Positions 28,241 through 42,092 of a DNA stretch of 64,000 nt are shown here, one piece after another. Below the pieces are notes generated by a model. That model ran no database searches and was not told the origin of the DNA. It saw only the letters and a program-made list of their open reading frames with translations. Where the stretch lies: the NCBI GenBank assembly GCA_964016885.1, contig OZ024743.1:81716001-81780000 (forward strand), given 5' to 3'. The DNA is from Eledone cirrhosa. Taxonomy: Eukaryota. Positions within the stretch are counted from its first letter, which is position 1, and each line of letters begins with the position of its first letter. The position numbers and the translations under genes were made by a program.

Positions 28241-28593
28241 TACTCTCGGATTCAAAATTATAAGGGGAGTGTGGCTGGAACAAGTAGTTATTTTTCTAGT
28301 TTATCTCCCTTAATTTAAAAAATAAACAGAATTAGTCGTATAGTTTACCTATTGAGACCCCAACTCATCCTATTTATTTTATAACATATGGAATTTCTAG
28401 TAATGTACTTTTTTTAATCATATTTTTTAATGTCTAAAGAAAATTAATTTTTGCAGGACTGTTACCACTTAAAATATAATTTCACCGGAGATAGATTAGC
28501 AAAATTTAATAAGTGGTGGGTCGAGTAAAAGTGGGGTTGGGTGGAAAAAATCTGAAAAATGAATAAGCGGTGAGGGCATTATTCGAGACACGA
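28241..28593. mobile_element. MITE copy (family of 20413-21092)
   Basis: Starts tactctcgga; shares attgagaccccaactcatcctat and aataagcgg motifs. Confidence 0.6.
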
Positions 28594-28649
28594 ACTGATG
28601 ACGATATCACTCAGGATACAATATTAAGTTGAACTACGGCGGGATCATT

Positions 28650-29115
28650 AGAGAGTCGGACACATTGTGTTACAGTATTTAGGCCTAGTTATTTACATAC
28701 TGAGTTCAAATCCTGCCGACATCCGCTTTACCATATATCCTTCTAGAGATCATCAAAATAAGGTACAATACTGGTGTTGATATAATTGAATTATTAGGGC
28801 CTCAGGTCACGTGATTTACGTTGTTTATTCCGGCTTTTTACGTTTTGAGTTCAAATTCTGTCGGCATCAACTTCGTCTTTCATTTTTCCAGGGGTCAATA
28901 AAATAAAATATCAGTCCAGTGCTGAGATCGATTTAATCGATTAATTCCTTCCCCCAAATTCTGACATTGTCACTATGTTAAAAACTATTATTATTATTAA
29001 TAATTGAAAATTCTGCCGAAGTTAGCTTTGCCTTTCATCTATACGAATCAATAAAATGAAGTACCAGTAACGCACTGGGGTCGAATTGGCCTTGTGCCTA
29101 AATGAGAAACCATTA
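28650..29115 (+). mobile_element. Cluster of degenerate S1 SINEs
   Basis: Repeated gagttcaaat and ctttgcctttcatc..ataaaatgaagtaccag motifs. Confidence 0.65.
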
Positions 29116-29454
29116 TTAATACTTGACAATATGTGGAGAGAGACAACACAATTAGAAAGTAGTGTAAATGTGGAGTGACACTCTTGTGTTTGTGAGTCTC
29201 ACTCAACTATATTTTACACCTTCACTCAGTCATATACAGTGATTACCTTCCCTAATGAATGTGTGGTCTTGAGCCTACATCAGAAGACATTTTATTATAA
29301 CTTGGTTTTTTTAAATTAATGCCAGATCAAGGATTAGATTTAGTATCAAGATTAAGATTTCTAAAGAGAAGTTAATCTTATTTCTGTTTGTTTGTGTGTG
29401 GAGAGAGAGATGGCAATATTCTCTGTTTTCCCATCTCGTTAGTATGTACAGTCT

Positions 29455-29511
<57 letters not shown>

Positions 29512-30514
29512 TTAAAGTTTGTACATTTGTGTGTGTGTGTGTGTGTGTGTGTTTACAGTTCCTATTTCTTCCATCTAAATATATTAATAGAACTAGCTGT
29601 GTCTCCTGCGACAGTCTATTCTGTGATAATCTGTGATTATGCAAAATAATCTGAGGCTTGTCATACCTGTCAGATCAGGCAAAACTGAAGCGGGAAGCAT
29701 GAACGGTAACGAGAGAAAGAAAAAAGAGTGATATGTAGAGAGATATAGATAGATTAAGAGATACGTGGATGAGAGAATGAGAGAGAGAGAGGGATGAGGG
29801 GGAATAAAGAATATGAATAAATATGAGTAAGCCAAGAGTTAAGGTTGAAAAAATATATAAACGAAAGTAAAAATTGGAAGTGTTGGCAGAGAATTAACAT
29901 TAAAGTTGCAAGTTCGACAAGGCACCGGAGGGCATGAAAAGGCTCAACCTCTGCTTGCCTCTGAGCTTTAACGCTAAAGCTCATGCTGTAAGAGAGGAAG
30001 AGAAAGGGAGATAGAGAGATGTTGTATATATATAGAGAGAGAGGTGGGAAGGAGAGTGAGAGAAATGCAATCTTTAAACAACAAATGAAGAGCTAAAAAG
30101 TAAATAGATTCTGGCGAGTTCACTGCAACTGACAGAATCTAAACGTTTATCAAAATATATGTATTTCACATACAGTATTCAACGTTGAATATAATCTATT
30201 TCCGTTTCACACAGAGCAGCCATTTTGTTTTTCAGTAACATACAATTTGAAATATAGATGCGTTTATATCGTATAAATGGAAGAAATATACCAGCACAAG
30301 GCAAATATAATAGTCTATCGTTCTATATATTCTCACTTCACTTACCAACTTACCTGCACAGCTAAGGCAGAACTGCTGTACTAGTTCAAACATTAACTAT
30401 CTATTAACCTTAGTGACAGTTCTCTCCAGAGCAGACTCTCGTACTATCAATTCGGATGTAAAACACGACGTTTTTCTTTTTCATTTCATTCCATATATAA
30501 ATGAGCGTCGTGAA

Positions 30515-30640
30515 AGCATGTGGCTTAGTGGTTAAAGCGTTCGGCTCTCGATCTTCAGATAATGAATTCGATTCCAGGCGGTGCCTTTTCTCCTTGAGCA
30601 AAACATTTTCACGGTGCTCAGTCCACTCAGATGCTAAAAT
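30515..30640 (+). mobile_element. S2 SINE 5' part
   Basis: tggcttagtggtt..ttcgattcc..ccttgagcaaaac..gtccactcag. Confidence 0.65.
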
Positions 30641-30875
30641 GAATTGTAACTATAAGTCAGAGGGCTAATGTGTCGAACAATTTATCACAAATGAGTTATT
30701 CCATTGATAAAACAACAGGAACAGTCGTCGTCAGAAACTTCTGTGGTCCGTCACACAACACACAATTTAGAAGTCATAACTGACGAGCACAGATTCACAC
30801 TCTATCAGCACAAATGTAAAATAAGGTTCAAAAGTTTCATTCAATTTGTTTAAATCCCGAATAAATTCGATCGCG

Positions 30876-31268
30876 AATACAAGCGGCCGAAATGGGGCTC
30901 CTTCGAGGGGTCTTTGGAGTAACTTTACACGATAGAGTGCGTAGCTCGGAGATCAAAGTGTCACTCCAGGTAGAGCCGCTACTTCTCCGAATTGAGAGAT
31001 CACCGCTCCGATATTATGGATATACAGTTAGAATGTCTGAGGAAAGAATCCCTGGACAGATATTACGGGCAAAACCAAGAGGCAGGAGACCCAGCAAGAG
31101 ACTCTGAACAAGATGGTTGGATAACATCCATGACTTCAGTTGTTCTCGCTTGGGGATACAGCCGGATCAATTGGAGACAGTGGCTTCTGACAGGACCCAC
31201 TGGAAGGAATGTTTAAGGACTCTACCCACAAGACCCTCTCAGAAATAAGTGAGCAAAGAAGAAAAAAG
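30876..31268 (+). mobile_element. RTE LINE 3' fragment
   Basis: IQAAEMGLLRGVFGVTLHDRVRSSEI..LRYYG..RMSEERIP..GRRP. Confidence 0.82.
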
Positions 31269-31388
31269 TATGAATCCCAGATATCTCCGTTGTAGTGACG
31301 AGAGTTTATATGCAATTCTTCTGTCATTAAGCTAACCTCTACAAGTTTATCTACCTGGGCTTACAAGTATCACCTGTTTGGTAATTTT

Positions 31389-31515
31389 CTTTTTCTTTTC
31401 TTTTCTTTTCTTTTCTTTTCTTTTCTTTTCTTTTCTTTTCTTTTCTTTTCTTTTCTTTTCTTTTCTTTTCTTTTCTTTTCTTTTCTTTTCTTTTCTTTTC
31501 TTTTCTTTTCTTTTC
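31389..31515. repeat. (CTTTT)n microsatellite
   Basis: Direct reading. Confidence 0.97.
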
Positions 31516-31899
31516 TCCCTCCTTTGTCTTCCATTTCTTTTTCTACAAAATATCATCTCTTCTCCCCGTATCTACCATCCAATGAAGGATTAGCGTTAGG
31601 AACCTTAACACACCTTTCAAACATATTAGCGACATATATCATTAGAAATAGCAGCCTGTTTCATCTCGGCACTCAACACGTTGATCAGCATGGTCTTAAT
31701 TATATGTCCTGTCTCTGAATGTCCAGTGGGATGTCCATGCATTACATGCATCAGATAGAGTAGTGTAGGCTGGCTCATTAAATATATTTAGGTAGTTAGA
31801 TGTGATTCACAGCAGAGTAGGGAACAATTTAAAATTGTTTAAATATTCAGTCCATCTCATAATATATTTAGATAGTTAGATGCCATCCCCATTCTGACA

Positions 31900-32290
31900 C
31901 TTGAGATTCAAACAGCCAGGAAAGGTTGTAACAGAGATAGTAAAGGTGGCCAAATGTAAGACATGGGAGGACGGTCAGATAAAGCTGGAATCCGACTTCA
32001 AATCAGCAAATAAAGTGTTCAGGCAGATCATAAGCCGACTTCGTAATAAGAAATCCCCCCTCTACACCTGCTCTCAAGATGTCTGAGGTGCTCCTCTTTT
32101 CAGAGAGGTGCATCCTTGCGAGGTGAAGAGAATACATCGCTGATCTCCTAAAGCCGATCACAGCAGTTTCTTCTGAGGTACACGAGATACATCTGGGAGC
32201 GGTGACTAATCTCTTGGAGGCTGAGGTGACAAGAGCAATTAAAAAGATCAAATGTGGCAAGGCCGCAGGAAAAGTTGAAATTCGGCATAA
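31900..32290 (+). mobile_element. RTE LINE internal (EN-RT linker) fragment
   Basis: KTWEDGQIKLESDFKSANKVFRQII; EAEVTRAIKKIKCGKAAGKVEIR. Confidence 0.7.
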
Positions 32291-32569
32291 TACATTAATA
32301 GACTTAAATATAAACAGGCGAAAATCCAGAGTACCAAGACTCAGCCTTAATAAAACGAATATTTTAAACTTTACTTCGGTATAGAGTTCTCTTTTCTCTC
32401 AGTCATATATATATATAAACGGTAAACAGAAATAACAACACAGTCGGTACAGTATATGGAAGGGATATATTAGGTTAACGCTTGATATATATATAACGCA
32501 GGAATATATATAATCATATCTGGGGAAATAAACAAGATAAGAAAAAAATCTTTATTTATTTACTTTAAT

Positions 32570-32642
32570 GTCCCGACTGCAATTTCATTGAGAAAATAAC
32601 GATACTCCGAGTATTGCGAGAAATCTCAACTCATCAGGAGAC
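32570..32642 (-). ncRNA. Type I hammerhead ribozyme, canonical core, GUC site
   Basis: gtctc CTGATGA gttgaga-[internal hairpin]-tctcaat GAAA ttgcag TC gggac. Confidence 0.82.
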
Positions 32643-32935
32643 TTTCTCAGAAAGAAAATTCAAGACAGAAAAAATCTTCCCTGTTCGCTATCAGTGAAAG
32701 ATTCCAATGGAAGGAATATCACGTGACTGGCGGGTAGTATGGTGGACATATTAAGCTCGGAATGGATTGATATTTGTTAATTCTTTCATAGAGCAGAACT
32801 TGGTATCAGTTGGACGTCTTTATATATATCTATACTTGTGTAAAGATATATATATTTCTTCATTTAAGATCCCGTTAAAGGTGAAAGCAGCGATTCTTTG
32901 CTCAAATTTTAATCTGTTATTTTAATAATTTCAAT

Positions 32936-35900
32936 ATGTTCAACATCACCTTATCTTCTCTCCTAGATTTTATACCAATACAAATTCCCCCATTTGATAA
33001 TGCATAAAATTCTGAAACCGGTAATTGACAATTATTAAATAAATAATGAATAAATAAATAAATCAATGCTATTGTTAATTAATAAATAAATTAACTAATG
33101 CCTTAACACTTCACACAAAGTAAAATATTTTGTTTCAAACATTTTCTAACCCAGAAAAAAGAGAAAAAAATAAAGGGAAAAAAATATTTTTCTTACTAAT
33201 AATCGTTTTTTTCTCCCTCTTTATATATATATATATATATATATTCCAACTCGTGTGCTCCTTCTCCACATTTTATAATTATTATTTACTCCCACACGAG
33301 ATACAGAAAATGCCAACTAAAACAAAAGCAGACTCCACTCTCATCATCATCAATCAAGTGATACTCAAAGAACTACAAAAAATTAACTCTAATTTGTCAA
33401 TACTCACCAACAAACTAAATCTACAAGTGAAGAAACAATCCCCAAATACACATCCTATGAAATCAACGACAATATCAACAACTTATGTGAAACAATAAAA
33501 ACACATCTGAATAACAACACAAACCCTATTCAAGCAAACGAGAAAACACATGACACTAATACACTTACAACTTACCAAATAAAAATCAAATTAATACCAG
33601 AATGGTACACATCTCTTAAAAACAGGAAATTCTCCTTTTGGAAGATGATACAAAATAATAACAAAGCAGAGATCTATGAAAAACGGATTAACTCATCCCA
33701 TTAATCCTTACCCGCAAACTACAAATTAAATACATCCCAAACGAACCCGAAACACAAAGATGCCTCAGGGAAAGAATGGCACTTGATAACATAAAAACTG
33801 AAATTGAACTCCTTAAATTGAGAGCCCAAGCAAATGAAGATAGCATCAAATCAATCGACGATGAGATTAATCAAGCAATTATCAATAAAACCAAAGACAC
33901 CACCCTAGAAAATATTTCAAAACTGTGATTAGAGGACTGTAATAAGGAAGAATTAAAATTCCTTCAACGTTTGGGAAATAAACGGAACCTGGTTCTCTAA
34001 TTATGAAACACTTTCCCAAAAAGAACACACATCCAAGAACCTCTTCATTAAAACCAAAATAACAAGAAAACCTAATCACCTCCCAAACACCACACAACAA
34101 CCAACGAAAAAAAAACAATACCTTCCCACATACCAAAAAAAGAAGGCATCACCTCGCCCCTACCTCCTACACCAACCACGTAGCTACCACACGGATTCCC
34201 AAGCAACAAAAATAGTACTAGAGAAACATCAGCTACAAGATAGACACTACAATTTCTCTCCCACCAGGAGAAACCATAGAATCCCCCACCTTTACAAACC
34301 CCCTAACATCCCCACACAACAAACCCACAACCATCATTACTTAGAACCCAAAATACACAACTACCACACATGCCACATAAGGCCTCACAACCACACACCA
34401 ACTATAAGGAAACCCTAATCTACCCTCCTCCACTAACCACATCCTACAACAACACCAGCAGAGAAACACCCTAACCACTACAACCACCATAACTACACAC
34501 CCTACAACAACAACAGCAGGGCTCAATACAACCACACGATACAACCTAACTTCAACAACCACCACAGCTACACACCTTCTAACAACAACAGGAGGGGCCA
34601 ATACAACCATAAGAGACATCCAAACTTCAACAACTACCAAAACTTCCGTAGTAATTTTTTAGACATAACACACAGACATAAGGTAACGAGATAACACAAA
34701 ACACACAGGAGACACAAAATGTAATAAAAGTCGTTAATTTAACCCCTAAAGAATTATCAACAGACCAAATCAACATACTCTTGACTCAATAGCCAGAAAT
34801 AGAAGCAACTACACCCCACCAAAAGGCAAGAACAAATTCCTCGATCACTTCTGCGAACACATTACTAATTACCCATACCACCACCTACACAGACATAAAC
34901 AAAAACCAAACCTAAGCAAAAAAGAATGGAATGGTCTTAACAGTCTAAAGAACGAAAAAACCCTAACAATCAAAGAGGCGGATAAAGGGAGTGCAGTAAT
35001 CTTTATGAAGACAGATTACTACACGACTCTAGTACTCTCAACTCTAGAAAACCAAACATATTACGAAAAGGCCCAACACTACACACAACAGAAAATAATG
35101 AGAAATCTAAAATCCCTAACAACCCTTTACAAACAAGGCCTTACCGACAAAGAATACAACTACATCACCAATTTCAAAATGGCAATTCCTTATAACCTAG
35201 CCAGAAGGATCTGCACAATAGTTTCAGATAAATACACATGCTACACACGACTAGAAGAATTAAAGAACACACTTATCAGCAGAAACTAGCCACCATCCCT
35301 AATCAACAATGGATTCCAACGTGTCCTAAAACTCAACAACCAGGAAATCAGACACCCCAAACCCAGGAATGAACCGAAACAAAAAACTCTACCATACATC
35401 TCCACACACAACCTCTCAACAATGAGGCATTCGACACCATCCTCCAGAACATTCCTTTACTAAAAAGAGACCCAAGAATGGTCAAAATACTCCAAACACA
35501 CAACATCATAAAGAGCAAAAGACAACCTAAATCCATAAAAAACATCCTCACACAAGCCAAAATCCAACCAACCCTCACAATGAACCCTACAGTAAAATAA
35601 AAATGCAGAAGGCCCAACTGTCGCATATACATAAATCTAATAGAAGGTTCAACATTCCACTTTAAACAAGGACAACATTCACAGTTAAATACAACTTTAC
35701 ATGTGCGTCTGAAAACCTAATCTATGATTTGACCTGCTCAGGTTGTCGCGAGCCCTACATAGGATAGACAAAAACAACCTCCGACAATGTATGACCGTCC
35801 ATAGATCATAAATCAATATACAGGAATACAGAAAGATTGTTTTTAGTGAACATATCGTCAGTTGTGCACCTAACCAACAACCAAACTTTAAAATTTTCCC

Positions 35901-36437
35901 CATTTACAAATGCATAGACAACACTGCTTTCATCTATCGTACCGATAAGGAAACGTCTTCATTAACAAATTCCAACCTCTACTTAATGGAACTGGAACGA
36001 ACAATGAACCAAAGTCCCAAAGAACTATGCCTGTAAATAATATTATTCTTTCGTTCACATCTTATCATGTTCCATATCACCCCTTTTTTATACTTCAAAA
36101 ACCTTGTTTGGAAATAATATTATTCTTTCTTTCCCATTTCCTTAACATGTTCAACATCACCTTATCTTCTCTCCTACATTTTATATCAATACAATTTCCC
36201 CCCTTTGATAATGCATAAAATGTAGAAACCGGTAATTGACAATTATTAAATAAATAAATAAATAAATAAATCAGTGGTATTGTTAATTAATAAATAGATT
36301 AACTAATACCTTAACACTTCACACAAAAAATATTTTGTTTTAAACACTCTCTAACCCAGAAAAAAGAGAAAAAAAAGGAAAAAAATATATTTTTCTTCCT
36401 AAAATCGTTTTTCTCTCTATTTACACACACATATATG

Positions 36438-36530
<93 letters not shown>

Positions 36531-36650
36531 AAATAGGGAGGAAAAACAATTATTAGGAAGAACAATATTTGTTTTCCTTTATTTTTTCTCTTTTTTCTAG
36601 GTTAGAGAATGTTTAAAACAAAATATTTTACTTTGTGTGAAGTGTTAAGG
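32936..36650 (+). mobile_element. Degenerate Penelope-like element (Neptune-type) with RT core deleted, direct terminal repeats and inverted tail
   Basis: IKEADKGSAVIFM, IPYNLARRICTIVSD, FTCASENLIYDLTCSGCREPYIG*T (GIY-YIG, ~35696-35770), NKFQPLLN; 32936-33215 repeated at ~36148-36420; inverted partial copy at ~36530-36650. Confidence 0.88.
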
Positions 36651-36954
36651 GATTACTTATATATATATATATATATATCATAAAACATGTCTATAGAATC
36701 GCCAGATAAAATATATACCATTTCCTCTCCCAATTAGCAAAATTAACCATATAAAAAATCGATTAGACCAAGCTATAAGAGTAAAGGCTTCTATGAAGAA
36801 ATCTCCGACAAATAACCGAAATCAGCCCTTCGCGCCGGCTGCGACGGAATATTTATCGAGTATTTCGACAGCGTGTATGAATCGCCCAGATATACAGTCA
36901 ATTAAACAGAATTAGGTGTAAAATAAACTAGGAGAAAAGTGAACATATTTAGTT

Positions 36955-37032
36955 ACCTCGACCATGGTTTCGTCCGCATTTTAAGATATCCGATAGCCTC
37001 GGACACCTAGAGCACCGGACTCTTCAGGAAGT
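36955..37032 (-). ncRNA. Type I hammerhead ribozyme, canonical, GUC site
   Basis: acttc CTGAAGA gtccg-[~39 nt]-cggac GAAA ccatgg TC gaggt. Confidence 0.85.
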
Positions 37033-37233
37033 TAGCTCAAATTTAGACAATAAATTTTCCAAAGTGATCGCGCCAAGAATACATTAAAAAATGGCTAAGA
37101 ATCGTGACGTAGCAGCGGTCAGGTTAGAAGGAATGTGGTTAGTTGCTTACGGCTGGTGGCTTTTTGCTAGAAATCGCAGCACAATACAGCCAAAATTGTA
37201 TCTCAAACTAACGGGAGATTATTACATATAAAG

Positions 37234-37304
<71 letters not shown>

Positions 37305-37649
37305 CGTGTTTTGCAACGGGTCACTTTGTGGCTCAATGAAAAGTTAATAAATTAAATATTCAGAGCTATATATCATAAAACATGTCTATAGAATCACAAG
37401 ATAAAATATATACTATTTCCTCTCCCAATTAGCATAATTAACTATATAAAAAATCGATTAGACCAAGCTATAGGAATAAAGGCTTCTATGAAGAAATCTC
37501 CGACAAATAACCGAAATCAACCCTTCGCGCCGACTGCGACGGAATATTTATCGAGTATTTCGACAGCGTGTATGAATCGCCCAGATATACAGTCAATTAA
37601 ACAGAATTAGGTGTAAAATAAACTAGGAGAAAAGTGAACATATTTAGTT

Positions 37650-37727
37650 ACCTCGACCATGGTTTCGTCCGCATTTTAAGATATCCGATAGCTTCGGACA
37701 CCTATAGCACCAGACTCTTCGCGAAGT
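37650..37727 (-). ncRNA. Hammerhead ribozyme copy with mutated core (GCGAAGA)
   Basis: As 36955-37032 but CUGAAGA changed to GCGAAGA. Confidence 0.65.
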
Positions 37728-37952
37728 TAGCTCAAATTTAGACAATAAATTTTCCAAAGTGATCGCACGAAGAATACATTCAAAAATGGCTAAGAATCGT
37801 GACGTAGCAGCGATCAGGTTAGAAGGAATGTGGTTAGTTGCTTACGGCTGGTGGCTTTTTGCTAGAAAGCGCAGCACAATACAGCCAAAATTGTATCTCA
37901 ACCTAACGAGAGATTATTACATTGAGCCACAAAGTGACCCGTTGTAAAACAC

Positions 37953-37988
<36 letters not shown>

Positions 37989-38193
37989 AAACCTTTATAT
38001 GTAATAATCTCCCGTTAGGTTGAGATACAATTTTGGCTGTATTGTGCTGCGATTTCTAGCAAAATGCCACCAGCCGTAAGCAACTAACCACATTCCTTCT
38101 AACCTGACCGCTGCTACGTCACGATTCTTAGCCATTTTTTAATGTATTCTTGGCGCGATCACTTTGGAAAATTTATTGTCTAAATGTGAGCTA

Positions 38194-38271
38194 ACTTCCT
38201 GAAGAGTCCGGTGCTCTAGATGTCCGAAGCTATCGGATATCTTAAAATGCGGACGAAACCATGGTCGAGGT
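38194..38271 (+). ncRNA. Type I hammerhead ribozyme, canonical, GUC site
   Basis: acttc CTGAAGA gtccg...cggac GAAA ccatgg TC gaggt. Confidence 0.85.
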
Positions 38272-38612
38272 AACTAAATATGTTCACTTTTCTCCTAGTT
38301 TATTTTACACCTAATTCTGTTTAATTGACTGTATATCTGGGCGATTCATACACGCTGTCGAAATACTCGATAAATATTCCGTCGCAGCCGGCGCGAAGGG
38401 CTGATTTCGGTTATTTGTCGATTTCTTCATAGAAGCCTTTATCCTTATAGCTTGGTCTAATCGATTTTTTATATGGTTATTTATGCTAATTGGGAGAGGA
38501 AATGGTATATATTTTATCTGGTGATTCTATAGACATGTTTTATGATATATAGCTCTGATTATTTAATTTATTAACTTTTCATTGAGTCACAAAGTGACCC
38601 GTTGCAAAACAC

Positions 38613-38662
<50 letters not shown>

Positions 38663-39645
38663 GTTTATATATATATATATATATAAGTAATCCGAGCTTT
38701 TTGAATACTAATAATAATATTCGATTCGTTTACAATTATGCAAATATCCTCTTTTATAAGCCATGTCAGTAGAATGAACCCCTCATTCTCGCTCTTGTGT
38801 TGGCATATATATATATATATATATATAGATAAATCTACCAAAATATACGGTAGTGTCCAATCCGTATGAATAACTCAATGTAATCCAAATATCATGAAAA
38901 GAGAAGCTGCATTCAAAAATGTTCGATAAAAATCATAGGAAAACAGGGTCAAGATAAATTAATAAAAACAATGAAATAAAAACAAAGAACAAGTTCCTTA
39001 TATTAAAAAATTAATCATTTATATATATATATATATATATAACTGTACCTCTCTCTATATATATAGTGTGGATATATGCACTCTGTAATCTATAAAATTT
39101 ATGTTTTAACTATGCTAACATGTATTTATCTGAGTTTGATTATTTATGCATAAACATACTTGATAGTATTTTAGAGTGTATGATATGCTGTATTATACTA
39201 AGTGCAATTTACCACACCGTACTATATTGTGTTGGTTAAGTTGTATATTATCGCATTACTGTATTTCATTATCTTATAATTTTCATCTTTTAATATACTA
39301 TCTTTCCTAGCCATAACCTTAATTTATATTCACCTAAAAGCTCAATACAACACTAATCACCATTTATTTTGACATTCTTTTTAACTTCACTGTACCAGAT
39401 ACATCAACTATCAGTTTGACAACCCCTTTCCACCTAATAGATTTTTATGCCAATTCTACTATTAACACCATTCAACCATTCCTTTCAAAGAGTCATGACC
39501 TCAACTAAAGTGTATTAGTTTTCATCTTAACACCATATGAAAAAAAAAACAATTTGATTCGTTAGTTCTTCAACCATCTCCAAATAAGGACATGATACTA
39601 ACATACTACTAATTCTGAATAAAATCATTATTGAATAAAATTATT

Positions 39646-39785
39646 ATTGCTTTTGAAAACAGCTGGTGATATACATGTAAGTAAATATTCTCTTTATATG
39701 ATATTTTGTAACTAACCTTACATAGATCAATAACGGAGTATAGCTACAATGTATTATCATCATCTAGAAACGATCGTAAAGCAGT
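39646..39785 (+). ncRNA. Decayed hammerhead with ~105-nt stem II region
   Basis: attgctt TTGAAAA ..ggtgatatacat...atgtattatcatc.. GAAA cgatcg TA aagcagt. Confidence 0.5.
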
Positions 39786-39829
39786 GAAGTATATCTCTAA
39801 TGACTTGATTTTTTATTTCAGTGTTTTAA

Positions 39830-39882
<53 letters not shown>

Positions 39883-40325
39883 TCTGCAAACTCTGCTAAG
39901 AGTAGTGCAATTGCTTGTCAGATCATAGTTTGGTGCACTTTAAGCCACGGTCAGCCACACGAACCTGTAACCGATGCTGAACATCCAATGCCTGCGCTTA
40001 GAAGGTTTTTTTAAGTAGGGAAATGCCTTGCACTCGACTAATCCCACTCTCTAAGTATCGAAAACACTACCCAAAAAGGAGAACTTGTCAACATGATCGG
40101 ATGCTTTAGAAGCCGCAGGTTTTTTGTTTTTGCCAGTGTTTCTCTCACCTAGAAAGGTGTTGTGACAACAACTGCGGGCCTTTCACTCCTAGGTGAACAA
40201 AAAAATATTATTTGGATGGCCGTTGACTCAGCTGAGTTCCTCCGCCCTTTGCCGGGTCTTGTATTTCATCCCGCATAAAAATGGCGTAGACATACAATAC
40301 AACAGGAGGAAACATAATAGTACCA

Positions 40326-40368
40326 CTGATGAAGTTGCAGATGTGCAACGAAAGAATTTTGTTAGACT
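40326..40368 (+). ncRNA. Hammerhead core with decayed stems I and III
   Basis: CTGATGA a gttgca-gatg-tgcaac GAAA gaattt. Confidence 0.55.
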
Positions 40369-40590
40369 ATATATAAGTATTTATATCTGTATTTTTGACC
40401 GTTGGTCAGTCAGTGATAAACAGTGATGGCCAAATGAATTAAAAATGGAGATATAAAAGATGCAGAAGCGAAAACCAACGAAACGGTGAGTGCGTTCTGT
40501 TATTATTTCTGGAAATATTACAACAATATGACCCTCCCCAAGTATATCAATATTTGTTTCGACACACAATTTCATATAAAAATCTCGCAA

Positions 40591-40659
<69 letters not shown>

Positions 40660-41337
40660 GTATATAGTTGACGGCTGAGAGAAAGGTGTACTCAATACCG
40701 AAGAGGAGTTTAAATATTAATTTTATTAAGGCTAAATAGTGAGTCTTGTTACTCTGGAGTTTGTATCTTCGTGTGGGAGGGGGGTATGTCTGTATGTGTG
40801 TGTCTCTGTGTTTGTGTGTATATGTGTGTATCTGCAGCTATGTACATGTGTGTGTGTGTACATAATCTTATTGTGTTATGTTATATAGTGTAATAAATAT
40901 GATTAACAAGAAACAACAGACAGTGAAAGCTGCTTTCAATATATATTACTAAAATATATATAACAATATATATTACTAAAATATATATAACGGTGTAGCT
41001 ACGTCTTTCTGTGTGTATGATGTGTATGTGTGTGTGTATGTGCGTGTGTGTGTATGTGTGCGTAAATGTGTGTGTGTATATATATGTGTACACGTGTGTG
41101 TCTTTCTCTGTGTGAGTGTATATGTATATGTGCATGTGTATGTGTGTGTGAGTGTATGTATGTGTGTGTGAGTGTGTATATGTATGTGTGAGAGTATGTA
41201 TGTGTGTGTGAGTGTGTTAGTGTGTTAGTGTGTGTGTGTGTATTTGTTTTAGTTTTGTCTTTAAGAGCTATTCATTTCAAACAATTGCGTCGGAACAAAG
41301 ATACTAAATTTCAAGGGACTTTACATACACTGCCGTA

Positions 41338-41340
<3 letters not shown>

Positions 41341-41393
<53 letters not shown>

Positions 41394-42061
41394 TGTCTGT
41401 CTGTGTGTGTGTCTGTGTGTGTCTGTGTATGTGTGTATGTGTGTGTGTGTGCGTGTGTGTGTGTGTGTCTGTGTCTGTATGTGTGTGTGTATGTGTGTCT
41501 GTGTCTGTCTGTGTGTGTCTGTGTGTGTGTCTGTGTCTGTATGTATGTGTGTGTGTGTATGTGTCTGTGTGTGTGTGTGTGTGTCTGTGTGTGTGTGTCT
41601 GTGTCTGTACGTGTGTGTGTATGTGTGTCTGTGTCTGTCTGTGTGTGTCTGTGTGTTTGTCTGTGTCTGTATGTATGTGTGTGTGTGTGTATGTGTGTGT
41701 TTGTGAGTGTGTGTGTCTGTGTGTGTGTGTGTATGTATGTGTGTCAGTGTCTGTATGTGTTTGTGTATGTGTGTCTGTGTCTGTCTGTGTCTGTATGTAT
41801 GTGTGTGTGTGTGTCCGTGTGTGTGTCTGTGTGTTAGTGTGTGTGGGTGTGCGTCTGTATGTGTGTGTGTCAGTGTCTGTATGTGTGTGTGTATGTGTGT
41901 CTGTGTCTGTCTGTGTCTGTATGTATGTGTGTGTGTGTGTGTCCGTGTGTTTGTGTGTGTGTGTCTGTGTGTTAGTGTGTGCGTGTGTCTGTATGTGTGT
42001 GTGTGTGTCTGTCTGTGTGTGTCTGTGTGTGTGTCTGTGTATGTATGTATGTGTGTGTATA

Positions 42062-42092
<31 letters not shown>

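Larger units (their letters stand above)
36678..38615. mobile_element. Three copies (direct, direct, inverted) of a ~600 bp non-coding HHR-bearing element separated by (TA)n
   Basis: Copies 36678-37240, 37303-37955 and 37986-38615 (inverted); a diverged fragment at ~55600-55745. Confidence 0.9.
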
